Counted from the stretch's first letter, positions 29,387-39,685 are shown. The stretch: DNA of 64,000 nucleotides from Bacteroidota bacterium (GCA_021825585.1 JAKAGT010000005.1:31265-95264), one strand, 5' to 3'. Notes: generated by a model not told the origin, from the letters alone. Numbers and translations are program-made.

Positions 29387-31582
29387 ATGAAACAAGTCGT
29401 TCAGAATATGAAGACCGGGGAGATAAAGGTGGAAAATCTCCCGGCGCCGGCCATGAAATCAGGAGGAATTCTTGTCAAGAATCATTTCTCGCTGATAAGT
29501 GCAGGCACTGAAAAAAGTTCGGTGGATCTGGGAAAGATGAGCATGTTACAGAAGGCTCGATCCCGTCCGGACGACGTCAGGAAGGTTTTGCAGGAAATCA
29601 AGCAAAACGGATTCCTCCCTACGTACAAGAAGGTGATGTCCAAACTGAGTTCGCTCAAACCGCTTGGTTACAGTACGTCAGGAGTTGTCCTTGCAGTCGA
29701 CCCGAATGTTTCGGAGTTCAAGGCAGGCGACGCGGTCGCATGCGCGGGTGCAGGATACGCCGTGCACGCCGATGTTGTTTTTGTACCAAAGAATCTCGCA
29801 GTCAAACTTCCCCCTTCAGTCGGGCTCGACGAGGCCGCCTACGCGACTCTTGGCGCAATCGCCATGCAGGGCGTCAGACAGACCTACCCTGCCCTTGGCG
29901 AGAAGATTGTCGTGATAGGTTTAGGCCTTGTGGGTCTACTGGCCGTCCAGATATTGAAGGCTAACGGGTGCACTGTCTTCGGAATCGATGTTGATCCCGA
30001 AAACGTTGAGCTGGCGAAGAAGCTGGGTGCAGATGAGGCCTGTGAACGATCCGGGAATGTGAATTCCATGGTTCTATCGTTCACGGAAGGCTACGGTGCG
30101 GACGCAGTTGTCATTGCAGCTGCGACGAAATCCAGCGATCCCGTTGCCCTTGCTGGCGAGATAGCGAGGGACAGGTCACGCATAGTCATGATAGGCGCTA
30201 CGGGGATGAATATCCCGCGTCCGCCATATTACCTGAAGGAACTTGAATTCAAGCTGTCCCGCTCTTATGGACCCGGCAGGTACGACCCGAATTACGAAGA
30301 GCGCGGAACCGATTACCCTATCGGTTACGTGCGTTGGACGGAGAACCGTAACATGAAGGAATTCGTACATCTTCTGGGTGAAAAGAAGATTGACGTAGGA
30401 AGTCTGACGACGCATCGCTTCTCCATCGACCAGGCGGCGCAGGCGTACAAATTGATCAGCGGAAGGAGGACGGAGAAATACATAGGGATTCTTCTCGAAT
30501 ACAAAGAAGAGATGGGAGAGCCAAAGCTGAAGGCTTCAACTCAGGAAGTGAGAAGCGATGGATTCTCCGGTCCGAGGGCGGACGCATTCAAGAAGAATCC
30601 GATGACTGTCGGGTTTATAGGTGCCGGGAGCTTTGCGCAAGGCAATTTGATCCCGGGTTTGAAGGCAATTCCCGGCATCGTTCTGAACACCGTCTGCACC
30701 GCGTCCGGCGTATCTGCGAAGACCGCCCAAAATCAGTTTGGATTCAAATACGGGACGACCGATTCTAAAGAAGTCTTCTCGAACGGCGACATTGGCACGG
30801 TTTTCATCGCGACCCGTCATAATCTTCATGCCTCGCTCGTTGTCGAGGCAATGAAATCAGGGAAAAATGTCTTTGTCGAAAAACCGCTGGCCCTGAACGA
30901 AGAAGAACTGGCATCGATAGAATCTCTCTACAAATCGAGTGACAGGAAAGATCTGCCTTCGCTCATGGTTGGATTCAATCGCCGATTTGCACCGCTGACG
31001 CTGGAATTAAAAAAATTCTTCAGGCAAACGGGCGAGCCGATCGTCGTGAACTATCGGGTCAATGCAGGATACATACCAAGAAATCATTGGACCCAGGATC
31101 CCGTCGAGGGTGGCGGCAGAATCAACGGAGAAGTCTGCCATTTCGTTGACTTCATTCAATACATTACTTCATCTCAGGTTGAGAAGGTCTTTGCAGAATC
31201 GATCTCCTCTGACAATTCTGCAATTACGAACAACGACAATGTCAATATAAGTCTGCGAATGAAGAACGGCTCACTCGGGGTGATAACTTATCTTGCGAAC
31301 GGAGACTCCTCCCTGCCGAAGGAACGTGTTGAAGTGTCATCGGGCAGACAGTCCGCCGTGCTGGACAACTTCCAATATCTCCATCTTTACCGGAACGGAA
31401 GTGAAAAGAAGGTGGGAAGCGGCAGGTTAGACAAGGGCATATCGAACGAGGTGAACATGTTCATGAAATCATTGAGCTCCGACAGGCGGCCGTTGATCAC
31501 CTTCGAAGAAATTGTCAATACCTCACTTACAACGTTCAGGATCCTGACTTCCCTGTCTTTGGGTGAGCCGGTGTTATTATGA
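29387..31582 (+). CDS. Bi-domain oxidoreductase (MDR/Zn-ADH-like N-terminus plus Gfo/Idh/MocA C-terminus)
   Basis: SLISAGTE, PLGYSTSG, GLGLVG, SRSYGPGRYD, WTENRN; then GAGSFA, ATRHNLHA, VEKP, VGFNRRF, GEVCHF. Confidence 0.9.
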   Translation: MKQVVQNMKTGEIKVENLPAPAMKSGGILVKNHFSLISAGTEKSSVDLGKMSMLQKARSRPDDVRKVLQEIKQNGFLPTYKKVMSKLSSLKPLGYSTSGVVLAVDPNVSEFKAGDAVACAGAGYAVHADVVFVPKNLAVKLPPSVGLDEAAYATLGAIAMQGVRQTYPALGEKIVVIGLGLVGLLAVQILKANGCTVFGIDVDPENVELAKKLGADEACERSGNVNSMVLSFTEGYGADAVVIAAATKSSDPVALAGEIARDRSRIVMIGATGMNIPRPPYYLKELEFKLSRSYGPGRYDPNYEERGTDYPIGYVRWTENRNMKEFVHLLGEKKIDVGSLTTHRFSIDQAAQAYKLISGRRTEKYIGILLEYKEEMGEPKLKASTQEVRSDGFSGPRADAFKKNPMTVGFIGAGSFAQGNLIPGLKAIPGIVLNTVCTASGVSAKTAQNQFGFKYGTTDSKEVFSNGDIGTVFIATRHNLHASLVVEAMKSGKNVFVEKPLALNEEELASIESLYKSSDRKDLPSLMVGFNRRFAPLTLELKKFFRQTGEPIVVNYRVNAGYIPRNHWTQDPVEGGGRINGEVCHFVDFIQYITSSQVEKVFAESISSDNSAITNNDNVNISLRMKNGSLGVITYLANGDSSLPKERVEVSSGRQSAVLDNFQYLHLYRNGSEKKVGSGRLDKGISNEVNMFMKSLSSDRRPLITFEEIVNTSLTTFRILTSLSLGEPVLL

Positions 31583-32334
31583 TGAGATATCTATTTCATG
31601 GATCGGATAGACGATTACCAACGGACTCAAACGATAGGATCCGAATCGGAAAATCCCGGTCAGCTGTTGCCGTATGGGCATGTTTCGTCCTTATTACCTC
31701 TGTCTTCTTTTTCCGGAATGCCACTGCGCAGCCTGTATCCGTTGACGCCGGATTGGGGCTTGAATACTTCAATGCTCCTTCACTCAACAAATACCTGAAT
31801 TTCGCAGCGCCGGGCGCGATGCCCCTGAGTGCTTACCAGAGCGCAATCCAATTCACGGCCGGAGGCGAATATTTCTTATCCCGCGAATGGGCGATCGGGC
31901 TGGAGTACGGTTACATAACGAAGACCGTTTCAAGCGGAAGCGCGCTTGGTTCACAGCAGATAGATTTCTCTTACTACCTTCCGACTGTCATGTTGAGAAG
32001 AGTCGTGGTCGGTGAGGGATACTACATTCAGTTTGGCGGAGGAGTTGGATATCATTTTGGCGGGCTTAATGCCTCCAGCCCGTACTCCGACAAGACGGCT
32101 GATTATTCCTGTCAGGGTCTCGGGTTTAAGGCTGATGCATCATTGGACACGCAACTCGGTGAGAAGCTTTATGCCAGGGTCGACGCCGAAGCCAGAGCAG
32201 AATTCATGGGGACATTGAAGTCGGGCGGTGCCAATAATCTCACTTATATCGACTACAACACGGAGCAGCCTCATTCCGTCGACATGTCCTTCGGAGGGAT
32301 CGGGATTACTTTCGGAATTGTCTACTACTTCTAA
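31579..32334 (+). CDS. Outer-membrane beta-barrel protein of unknown function
   Basis: Signal-peptide-like segment ending ATA-Q, alternating amphipathic strands, C-terminal BAM signal GIVYYF. True start uncertain. Confidence 0.7.
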   Translation: MMRYLFHGSDRRLPTDSNDRIRIGKSRSAVAVWACFVLITSVFFFRNATAQPVSVDAGLGLEYFNAPSLNKYLNFAAPGAMPLSAYQSAIQFTAGGEYFLSREWAIGLEYGYITKTVSSGSALGSQQIDFSYYLPTVMLRRVVVGEGYYIQFGGGVGYHFGGLNASSPYSDKTADYSCQGLGFKADASLDTQLGEKLYARVDAEARAEFMGTLKSGGANNLTYIDYNTEQPHSVDMSFGGIGITFGIVYYF

Positions 32335-32360
32335 GCAACTCTTGAAAATAAGGAGAACGC

Positions 32361-33182
32361 GTGGGATCCGCGATTGAGGGCATCATACTGGGCATGGTTC
32401 AGGGATTAACCGAGTTTCTTCCAATAAGCAGCACGGCGCATCTCGTCATAATTCCAAGGTTGTTGGGCTGGGATTCGGCATTATTGAACAGTTTGACTTT
32501 CGATGTTGCGCTCCACCTGGGGACTCTTCTCGCCGTCGTGTCGTATTTCTTTAAGGACACTCTGGATTTGATTTCCGGTTTCGTCAGGGGTCTGCTGAAA
32601 TGGAATTTCAGTGCGGACGATAAGGCGAGATTCGCACTCCTTGTGTTCCTCGGTACGATTCCTGCGGGAGTGCTTGGAGTCCTGTTCGACAAATGGGTCG
32701 AAACGAAATTCAGGACCCCGGCAATCCTGGCGGCGGCCATGATCGTGATTGGGATTCTGATGTGGTATGCCGAAAAAATCGCGGGGCAAACTAAGAAGAC
32801 GGATAAACTGACGCTGAAGGACGCGCTTATAGTCGGTTTCTCACAAGCGCTTGCACTGGTTCCCGGCACTTCGCGTTCCGGTATAACGATATCTTCCGGG
32901 CTGCTGCTGGGATACCGGCGAGAGGATGCGGCCAGGTTCTCATTCCTCCTCTCGATTCCGATCATTGCGGGGGCGGCCATTTTCAAGCTGAGAACACTCA
33001 CGCATGGTATACCTCATGCTGATCTGGCTCCGCTGATCCTCGGAACTCTATCTTCGGCCATTTTCGGATTTCTCGCTATTAAGTATTTTATGCGGTTCGT
33101 ACAGCGTCACACGTTGAGCGCTTTTGTGTGGTACAGATTCTTTTTTGCGGCAATAATCATCATTTTTATGTTTATTATATGA
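32361..33182 (+). CDS. uppP: Undecaprenyl-diphosphatase
   Basis: QGLTEFLPISSTAH, HLGT, PGTSRSGITI, ARFSFLLSIP. Confidence 0.97.
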   Translation: MGSAIEGIILGMVQGLTEFLPISSTAHLVIIPRLLGWDSALLNSLTFDVALHLGTLLAVVSYFFKDTLDLISGFVRGLLKWNFSADDKARFALLVFLGTIPAGVLGVLFDKWVETKFRTPAILAAAMIVIGILMWYAEKIAGQTKKTDKLTLKDALIVGFSQALALVPGTSRSGITISSGLLLGYRREDAARFSFLLSIPIIAGAAIFKLRTLTHGIPHADLAPLILGTLSSAIFGFLAIKYFMRFVQRHTLSAFVWYRFFFAAIIIIFMFII

Positions 33183-33191
33183 GGGACGAAA

Positions 33192-33743
33192 ATGAACCGG
33201 ATACTCTTAATTTTACTCGGCTCTTTACTCATTCCAGGATGCAGTTCGAAAGGAAGAAACGTGATTCTCGAGACAAACTACGGAACAATCGAAATCAAAT
33301 TATTTGATGACGCGGCACCGGTCACCAGTGAAAACTTTCGCAAGCTTGTTGCCGAAGGATTTTACGACAGTCTTCAGTTTCACCGTGTAATACCGGGTTT
33401 CGTTATCCAGGGCGGGGACCCGAATACCCGGACACCTAACAAGGCCACATACGGCCAGGGCGGACCAGGCTATACGCTTCCCGCTGAAATCGGAAAGCCG
33501 AACCTGCGCGGTTCAGTCGCTATGGCCAGGCAAGGGGACCAGGTGAATCCTCAAAGGCGTTCAAACGGAAGTCAGTTCTATATCTGTGTGGATCCTCAGC
33601 CTGAGCTTGACGGGAAGTACACTGTTTTCGGAGAGGTTGTGAAGGGGATGAAGGTAGTGGATGAGATATCGCAGGTTCCGCGTGATGCGAGGGACATTCC
33701 GCTAAGTCCCGTTTACATTGTGAAGGCGTATCTGGAAAAATGA
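33192..33743 (+). CDS. Cyclophilin-type peptidyl-prolyl isomerase, probable lipoprotein
   Basis: Lipobox-like LIPGC; FHRVIPGFVIQGGDP, MAR, GSQFYI, YTVFGEV. Confidence 0.93.
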   Translation: MNRILLILLGSLLIPGCSSKGRNVILETNYGTIEIKLFDDAAPVTSENFRKLVAEGFYDSLQFHRVIPGFVIQGGDPNTRTPNKATYGQGGPGYTLPAEIGKPNLRGSVAMARQGDQVNPQRRSNGSQFYICVDPQPELDGKYTVFGEVVKGMKVVDEISQVPRDARDIPLSPVYIVKAYLEK

Positions 33744-34756
33744 GCGACTTCAAGAAGTTCGCCTCTTCCGTTAAGAAAAAAAAGTTCGGACGGATTTACC
33801 TGATTCACGGCAACGAGGACTATTTCATTGAGAACGCCGTCGGTCTCCTGATTGACAATGTCGTCAGCGAGAACGACCGCTCATTCAACCTCGATGTGTT
33901 TGACGGAACCGAATCGAATTCCGATAATGTCCTGTCATCGATACTGAGTTTCCCCTTCGTCGGGGAGCACAGGCTGACGGTTGTCAGAAAGTTCGACAAA
34001 ATGGAAAAAAGGTACCGGTTGGACATCGTGCGGCACCTGCCGGAGGTACCAGAGTCCAATATTGTCTGCCTCGTGGCAGGCGAGATAAAGACCACCGACG
34101 ATTCCTACAGCCAGCTCCCGTCGTTTGCCGAAAGCCTGACTTTCAACAAACTAAAGGGGGAAGAACTGACCGGCTTTCTAACGACCACTTCAGCTTCCCT
34201 CGGCAAAGAGATGGAACCTGGAGCCGTCGAGCTGCTGGTGGAGCTGTCGGGCGATTCGCTCGGAGACCTCGTTTCTGAAGTTGAGAAGCTCTCACTCTAT
34301 GCCGGGGACAAGGACAGGATTTCGGTTGACGACGTTAATACCGTGGTCGGCAAGTCGAGAACCTTCAACATATTCGAGCTCCAGCGCGCCATCGGACAGA
34401 AGAACTCAAAACGATCCCAGGAAATAGCGGGCAAGATGCTGGAAACAGGCGAAAAGCCTGTCTACATAAACTTCATGCTCACGAGGTACTTCCTTTCTCT
34501 CATGCAGGTGAAGCATCAGCTCGGGAAGGGCATAAACACGAAGGAAATCTGCACGAAGGTATTTGGAAGATGGAACCCTTATGTTGACGAATACGTCACA
34601 GCGGCGCGTGCTTATTCAATTCCCGAACTGAGGCGGGCGATCGCGGTTCTGCTCGATGCCGATGTAAAACTGAAATCGGGCGGCTACAAGGATGCGGACG
34701 CCGTTGTCTTGAGCCTTTCAGAGATTCTCGGCGCAGACTCCGCCGGGAACGCTTAG
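33740..34756 (+). CDS. holA: DNA polymerase III delta subunit
   Basis: IYLIHGNEDYFI, FNLDVFDG, FPFVGEHRL, SEVEKLSLY, NIFELQRAI, DADVKLK. Confidence 0.9.
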   Translation: MSDFKKFASSVKKKKFGRIYLIHGNEDYFIENAVGLLIDNVVSENDRSFNLDVFDGTESNSDNVLSSILSFPFVGEHRLTVVRKFDKMEKRYRLDIVRHLPEVPESNIVCLVAGEIKTTDDSYSQLPSFAESLTFNKLKGEELTGFLTTTSASLGKEMEPGAVELLVELSGDSLGDLVSEVEKLSLYAGDKDRISVDDVNTVVGKSRTFNIFELQRAIGQKNSKRSQEIAGKMLETGEKPVYINFMLTRYFLSLMQVKHQLGKGINTKEICTKVFGRWNPYVDEYVTAARAYSIPELRRAIAVLLDADVKLKSGGYKDADAVVLSLSEILGADSAGNA

Positions 34757-35187
34757 TTATCCGCCCTGTTCTTGGGCAACACGGCGAGTGTCAGCCTGCT
34801 GATGCAGACGAGAGACTGCCGCTCGTCTTCGATCCTTATTTCCCATACCTGTGTTCTTCCGCCGATGTGAATCGGGCGTGCTGTCCCGTAAACAAACCCT
34901 TCCCTTACGCTTCGTATGTGGTTGGCATTTATCTCCAGGCCGACGCAGAACTCCTTATCCGGGTCGAGCACTAATGTGCCGGCAATACTCCCGAGTGTTT
35001 CTGCAAGCGCCGCCGAGGCGCCTCCGTGGAGAATGCCGTACGGCTGAATCGTTCTCTTGTCGACAGGCATTCTCCCCCGCAGGTAATCGCTTCCTATCTC
35101 CGTGATCTCGATGCCGATCTGTTCCCCCATCGTGTTTCCGTTGAGCTGGTTTACAAATTCAATTGTCGCATTTCTGAATAGGTTCAT
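34753..35187 (-). CDS. Hotdog-fold acyl-CoA thioesterase (PaaI/YdiI-MenI type)
   Basis: QPYGILHGGASAALAETLGS, GLEINANHI, TQVWEI. Confidence 0.9.
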   Translation of the reverse strand: MNLFRNATIEFVNQLNGNTMGEQIGIEITEIGSDYLRGRMPVDKRTIQPYGILHGGASAALAETLGSIAGTLVLDPDKEFCVGLEINANHIRSVREGFVYGTARPIHIGGRTQVWEIRIEDERQSLVCISRLTLAVLPKNRADN

Positions 35188-35218
35188 GTCGCCTCGAATA
35201 GTCTTTCTTAGGTTCTTG

Positions 35219-36889
35219 TCATTTGACAGAGTTAGCGCTGGCCGCCATATCTGTCCTCAGCTTCTTCTTGTCCATCTTGCCGACGCTTGTCTTTGGTATC
35301 GCGTCGACGAACACGATTCTGTCCGGAACGCTCCAGGTATTGAGAACGCCTTCATCGACAAATTTCTTGAGGAAAGCACGAAGTGCATCACCATCCACTT
35401 TCCCGGTGAAGCCAGGTTTCAACACTGCAACGGCGCAGGGACGCTCGCCCCACTTCTCACTCGGCAGGCCTATCACCGCGACTTCCGAGACAGCCTCGTG
35501 TTGGCTCAAGGCGCTTTCAATCTCCAACGAGGAGACCCATTCTCCGCCGGTCTTAATCATGTCTTTCAACCGGTCGACTATTTCAACGTAACCCTCTCGA
35601 TCGATGTTTGCCATATCGCCGGTGTGAAGCCAGCCATCTCTCCAAAGCTGCCTGCTCATGTCATCGTCCTTCAGGTAACCCTGTGTCAGCCATGGAGCGC
35701 GTACTACGATTTCACCAACAGATTTACCGTCGTGCGCGACCTCGCTTCCCATTTCGTCGACAATCCTCAAATCGACAAATGGAACGGGAATGCCGGTCTT
35801 GATCCTGTACTTGACCTGTGAACTCAAGTCGCTCTGAAGCATTTCCTTAGTGAGATACGTAATCGTTAATACCGGACATGTTTCAGACATCCCATAGCCT
35901 GAATAGAGGTCTATACCCAATTTCAGTGTAGCGTCTGCCAATCCCTCAGGAAGAGCTGCGCCGCCGATGATTACCTTCCATTTTGAAAGGTCAACCGACT
36001 TCACGACAGGACTGGAGACCAGCATGTGAAGAATCGTGGGTACACAATGCGATAGGGTTACCCCTTCCGTCAGCAGGAGCTTGAGCAACATCGCAGGCTC
36101 ATATTTTCCCGGGTAGACCTGTTTCACTCCCAACATAGTTGCCATATAGGGTAATCCCCACGCGTGGACGTGGAACATCGGAGTTAGAGGCATGTAGACG
36201 TCGTCCGAGCGAAACCTTCCCTGCGACTGGTACGCGCCTACGGAAGCAGTGATTGCCAACGTGTGGAGGACCAATTGACGATGCGAGAAGTAAACACCCT
36301 TTGGCTCCCCGGTGGTTCCGGTCGTATAAAACACAGTTGCGATGCTGTTCTCATCAAATTCTTCGAAGTCGTAGTCGGGACGGCCTTCTGCCAGAAGCTC
36401 CTCGTACTCGCCCGCGAATTCTATCGTGCATTCCGGTCTCGTCTTCTCATCCGTGAGGAGCACAAATTGTCTGACCGAAGTGAGTTCCCCTGATATCCTC
36501 TCGATCAGCGGAATGAATTCCGAGTTGACGAGCACCACCTTATCTTCCGCGTGGCGCATCGTATACAGAAGTTGTGCCGGCGACAGCCTGACGTTTACAG
36601 TGTGCATGATGGCGCCCATCATCGGGACTGCAAAGTATGCCTCCAGGTACCGATGGCTGTCCCAGTCAAGCACCGCCACCGTGTCGCCGGGACCTACTCC
36701 CAGGCCGCTCAGAACATTGGCAAGACGCCCAATCCTCTCCTTCAACTTAAGATAATCGTAACGAACGAGATCCCTGTATACGATTTCCCGCCCGGGCTCA
36801 TATCGCAACCCGGCTTCCAGAATCTGCTTGATAAGGAGCTGGAAATGGTGGGCTTCCTGGACACCGCGGATGATTTTTGTCCCGGTCAT
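35219..36889 (-). CDS. Medium/long-chain acyl-CoA ligase (AlkK/DmdB-like)
   Basis: YTTGTTGEPKG, PMFHVHAWG, YGMSET, WLHTGD, DRLKDMIKTGGEW, PKTSVGK. Confidence 0.9.
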   Translation of the reverse strand: MTGTKIIRGVQEAHHFQLLIKQILEAGLRYEPGREIVYRDLVRYDYLKLKERIGRLANVLSGLGVGPGDTVAVLDWDSHRYLEAYFAVPMMGAIMHTVNVRLSPAQLLYTMRHAEDKVVLVNSEFIPLIERISGELTSVRQFVLLTDEKTRPECTIEFAGEYEELLAEGRPDYDFEEFDENSIATVFYTTGTTGEPKGVYFSHRQLVLHTLAITASVGAYQSQGRFRSDDVYMPLTPMFHVHAWGLPYMATMLGVKQVYPGKYEPAMLLKLLLTEGVTLSHCVPTILHMLVSSPVVKSVDLSKWKVIIGGAALPEGLADATLKLGIDLYSGYGMSETCPVLTITYLTKEMLQSDLSSQVKYRIKTGIPVPFVDLRIVDEMGSEVAHDGKSVGEIVVRAPWLTQGYLKDDDMSRQLWRDGWLHTGDMANIDREGYVEIVDRLKDMIKTGGEWVSSLEIESALSQHEAVSEVAVIGLPSEKWGERPCAVAVLKPGFTGKVDGDALRAFLKKFVDEGVLNTWSVPDRIVFVDAIPKTSVGKMDKKKLRTDMAASANSVK

Positions 36890-36991
36890 GGTTTGTCCTC
36901 CCTTGTTTTTGTGAGCTAACGCAGTCTATTCCATGATGACCGTAATTTCACGTGTTCATGGCGCCAGCGTTCAGTAGTCACCTCAAAAGGA

Positions 36992-37041
36992 GACGGTCAC
37001 CGCCCGGCAAGCATAATCTGCCGCATGGGTCAGTGACCGTC
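36992..37041. repeat. Imperfect stem-loop between GH20 and the acyl-CoA ligase
   Basis: GACGGTCAC...GTGACCGTC arms with an inner GGCA/TGCC pairing. Confidence 0.45.
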
Positions 37042-37114
37042 GGGACTCCGAGTCTGATTCCACCGCCGGATGTTCCAGCTGTAGAAGTCCTCGTGATTCA
37101 TAACTGCGGCGCCT

Positions 37115-39577
37115 TTATCTCTCGATCCACGATCTCAATTTCAATGAAAAATCGGGAGCCGTTACGGTCCAGCCGTTGTCATAAGGACTGGCGTCCACAA
37201 ATCTGCCGGAAGCAACTTCACCGGGAGGAATAATTCCCTTTGCTACCTTCCATGTACCGTCAGTTATAAGGGTATCATCCCCGATCCGGGCAAAGATGTT
37301 GCAGCCCGCTGAGCCGAATCGGTCGAAGTTGACAGCCTGGACCATAAATGTGTTTTTCCCCTTCTGAAGGAATGGTCCGACTTCAAATACTTGCACCCTC
37401 TTCCGCTCAACGTTCAAAGTCAAGGTGCGCCGTGCTTTAACGTCACCGATATATGTCCCGTTGACGTAAAGCTTGCAATACGTGTCGCCTATCAGCTGGA
37501 CCTCGGCATTCTTGGGAACCTGAGTGAGATCCACCGTCTTGAGAAATGTTGCGGAGTCAATCTTGAATTCTTCGCGCGCATACGGACGGCTTTCCGGATA
37601 GTAGATGAAATTCGACTTTATGAGCTGGTTGTATTCCGAGTTACCCGCAAGCATTTGGGCGGTTCCCTGCTTCAGGTCATTCTCCTGATCCTCGAACCTT
37701 CCTTCGAGCAGCTGAAGCATCGGATAGCGGTTGGTCCGGAGGTAAAGCCTTGTGTAATCTGCCTTAAGGCTTGCGACAGAACTCACGAGATGATCCTCAA
37801 TTCGTTTGATCCGCTCTTCTTTCTGAACGGCCGTCAATGAGCTGTCGGACGACAAGTATCGCATCCTCAAGACGCCCGTAACCTTATCCGCCCAGTATTT
37901 GTCCATTTTCGCGGAAAGCTCGTAGATGTCCAGTATGTCCTTGTTGGCACCGACCACCTTTCGGGCTTCCTTGATTAGTGACAAGACTTCCGGTATTGAT
38001 GACTCGATGCTCTCGGTTCGGGAGGGGACATTGTAGTCACGCATGCTCACGAACGGCGCGCGCCAAAACTCATACCATGTTATTTGGTTGCCGGGTGAGC
38101 TTAGGAGCTCGTAAATAACCCGGGGCAGTTGCGATTTCGTCTGGAAATACTGCGGGAAGAAGACGCTTTCGAAGTGTGCGGGCGACGAAGTTTCCGGGTT
38201 CCACGCGCATTCGGCTCCCCAGGCATATCCGGGATAGTTCAACTCGCGAAGGTCCGCGCCGCCGTTGTCGTTCCACGTCGACACAAGGAGACCGAGCGCG
38301 CCTCCTTCATAACCTTCTCTTGCGAAGTACTGTATGTTGGCGTAGCTGTTGTAAAAATTCGGGAAGGGCCCGGTGAAATTCCAGACGGCGGGAGATGACA
38401 GGAATGGGAATCCGGCTCTCTTGAACACCTGAACACTCGGATAGTCGAACGATGCTCCGTAATGCCAGTCGACTATTGTTATATCCTTCGGAATCTCCGA
38501 GAGGATGTCAGGATTCTTCAGTATGATATCCCCGTACATCATTACCTTCTTGCCGAGAGATTTTAGTATATCGTAGACTTTTCTGTAATACTGTGCATGT
38601 GCTTCATCTATCCCGAGCGAATCGACCAGGTGCTTACTTGCACCCAAACCGACATCGAAACTCTCATCCGCGGACATATTGAAATATTTGCTTGAAAACG
38701 CCGGTGCAATTTCTGAAAGTAGGTTCTTCATAAAAGCGAGGGCCGAGTCGCTGGAAATGTCGATGCAGGTAGCTCCCGGAAACTCGGCATACTTCTCGAA
38801 TTCCTTCTTGTACAGGACGTCTTCCATGTGTCCAAGAGTTTCAAATGCGGGAATTACTTTGACGTGGTATAATTTCCCGTACCTGTCCAGCTCGGCGACT
38901 TCCTTTACCGTTAAAGGCGCGCGGCCCTCGCTGAAGTCCGGATAAGACTTGAAATCGAACTCGTCTTCTATGTAAGGCATGTACACGTTCATCTTGTACA
39001 TGGCGATGAAACGGATGATCTTCTTGAAATTGTCCAGTCGTGAGATTTGGCCGCGGCTTATATCGTCACTGATGCCGCGCATCTTCAGCGAGGGGTAATC
39101 GGCTATCGTTACGGCCGGAATGCTGTAACCTCTCTTATCTTTTTCGACGAGCTGAAGGAGCGTTGCGACAGCGTAGAATATCCCGGTCTTCGTACTCGCC
39201 ATTATTTCTATGCGCCCCTTCTCGGATTTCAGAAAATACCCGTCCGGCGACGACAGGACGCTGTCCCGAACCGCCTCTGGAACCTCGATCTTTTCGACGC
39301 TGCTCTTACTGCTGATTATTCGTGCTTCCAGGGCGAGGACGGCCCTGCCTGAGGCTTTCCCTTCCTTGAAGTCCTTGCCGAAAAATTCTGACAGTTCATC
39401 CAGGGACGCCTTGTCATCGGCTGCCTTCGTAAACAGAGCGGAAAGCTTGCTGAAACTGACGGCCCCGGCTTTTTCATGAGCATACTTTGGGGTCGGCAGA
39501 ACGCGAACCTCAGCCATGATCGCCGATCCCAAAATCGTTAGAGACAAAAACGGAGCCAGTAAAAACGATTTCTTCAT
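37115..39577 (-). CDS. Secreted GH20 beta-N-acetylhexosaminidase with C-terminal beta-sandwich
   Basis: Signal peptide, DYPSLKMRGISDDISRGQ, FETLGHM, catalytic ADE, STWND. Confidence 0.85.
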   Translation of the reverse strand: MKKSFLLAPFLSLTILGSAIMAEVRVLPTPKYAHEKAGAVSFSKLSALFTKAADDKASLDELSEFFGKDFKEGKASGRAVLALEARIISSKSSVEKIEVPEAVRDSVLSSPDGYFLKSEKGRIEIMASTKTGIFYAVATLLQLVEKDKRGYSIPAVTIADYPSLKMRGISDDISRGQISRLDNFKKIIRFIAMYKMNVYMPYIEDEFDFKSYPDFSEGRAPLTVKEVAELDRYGKLYHVKVIPAFETLGHMEDVLYKKEFEKYAEFPGATCIDISSDSALAFMKNLLSEIAPAFSSKYFNMSADESFDVGLGASKHLVDSLGIDEAHAQYYRKVYDILKSLGKKVMMYGDIILKNPDILSEIPKDITIVDWHYGASFDYPSVQVFKRAGFPFLSSPAVWNFTGPFPNFYNSYANIQYFAREGYEGGALGLLVSTWNDNGGADLRELNYPGYAWGAECAWNPETSSPAHFESVFFPQYFQTKSQLPRVIYELLSSPGNQITWYEFWRAPFVSMRDYNVPSRTESIESSIPEVLSLIKEARKVVGANKDILDIYELSAKMDKYWADKVTGVLRMRYLSSDSSLTAVQKEERIKRIEDHLVSSVASLKADYTRLYLRTNRYPMLQLLEGRFEDQENDLKQGTAQMLAGNSEYNQLIKSNFIYYPESRPYAREEFKIDSATFLKTVDLTQVPKNAEVQLIGDTYCKLYVNGTYIGDVKARRTLTLNVERKRVQVFEVGPFLQKGKNTFMVQAVNFDRFGSAGCNIFARIGDDTLITDGTWKVAKGIIPPGEVASGRFVDASPYDNGWTVTAPDFSLKLRSWIER

Positions 39578-39685
39578 CTCGAATCCTTAGTTTGTAGTGT
39601 TGATTTTTGCTAGGTTCGGAGAAACGGTTCAGCGGGTTCACCGGGAACATAGAAGAAATTCGTACTCCACCGGTAAAAGGCACAA

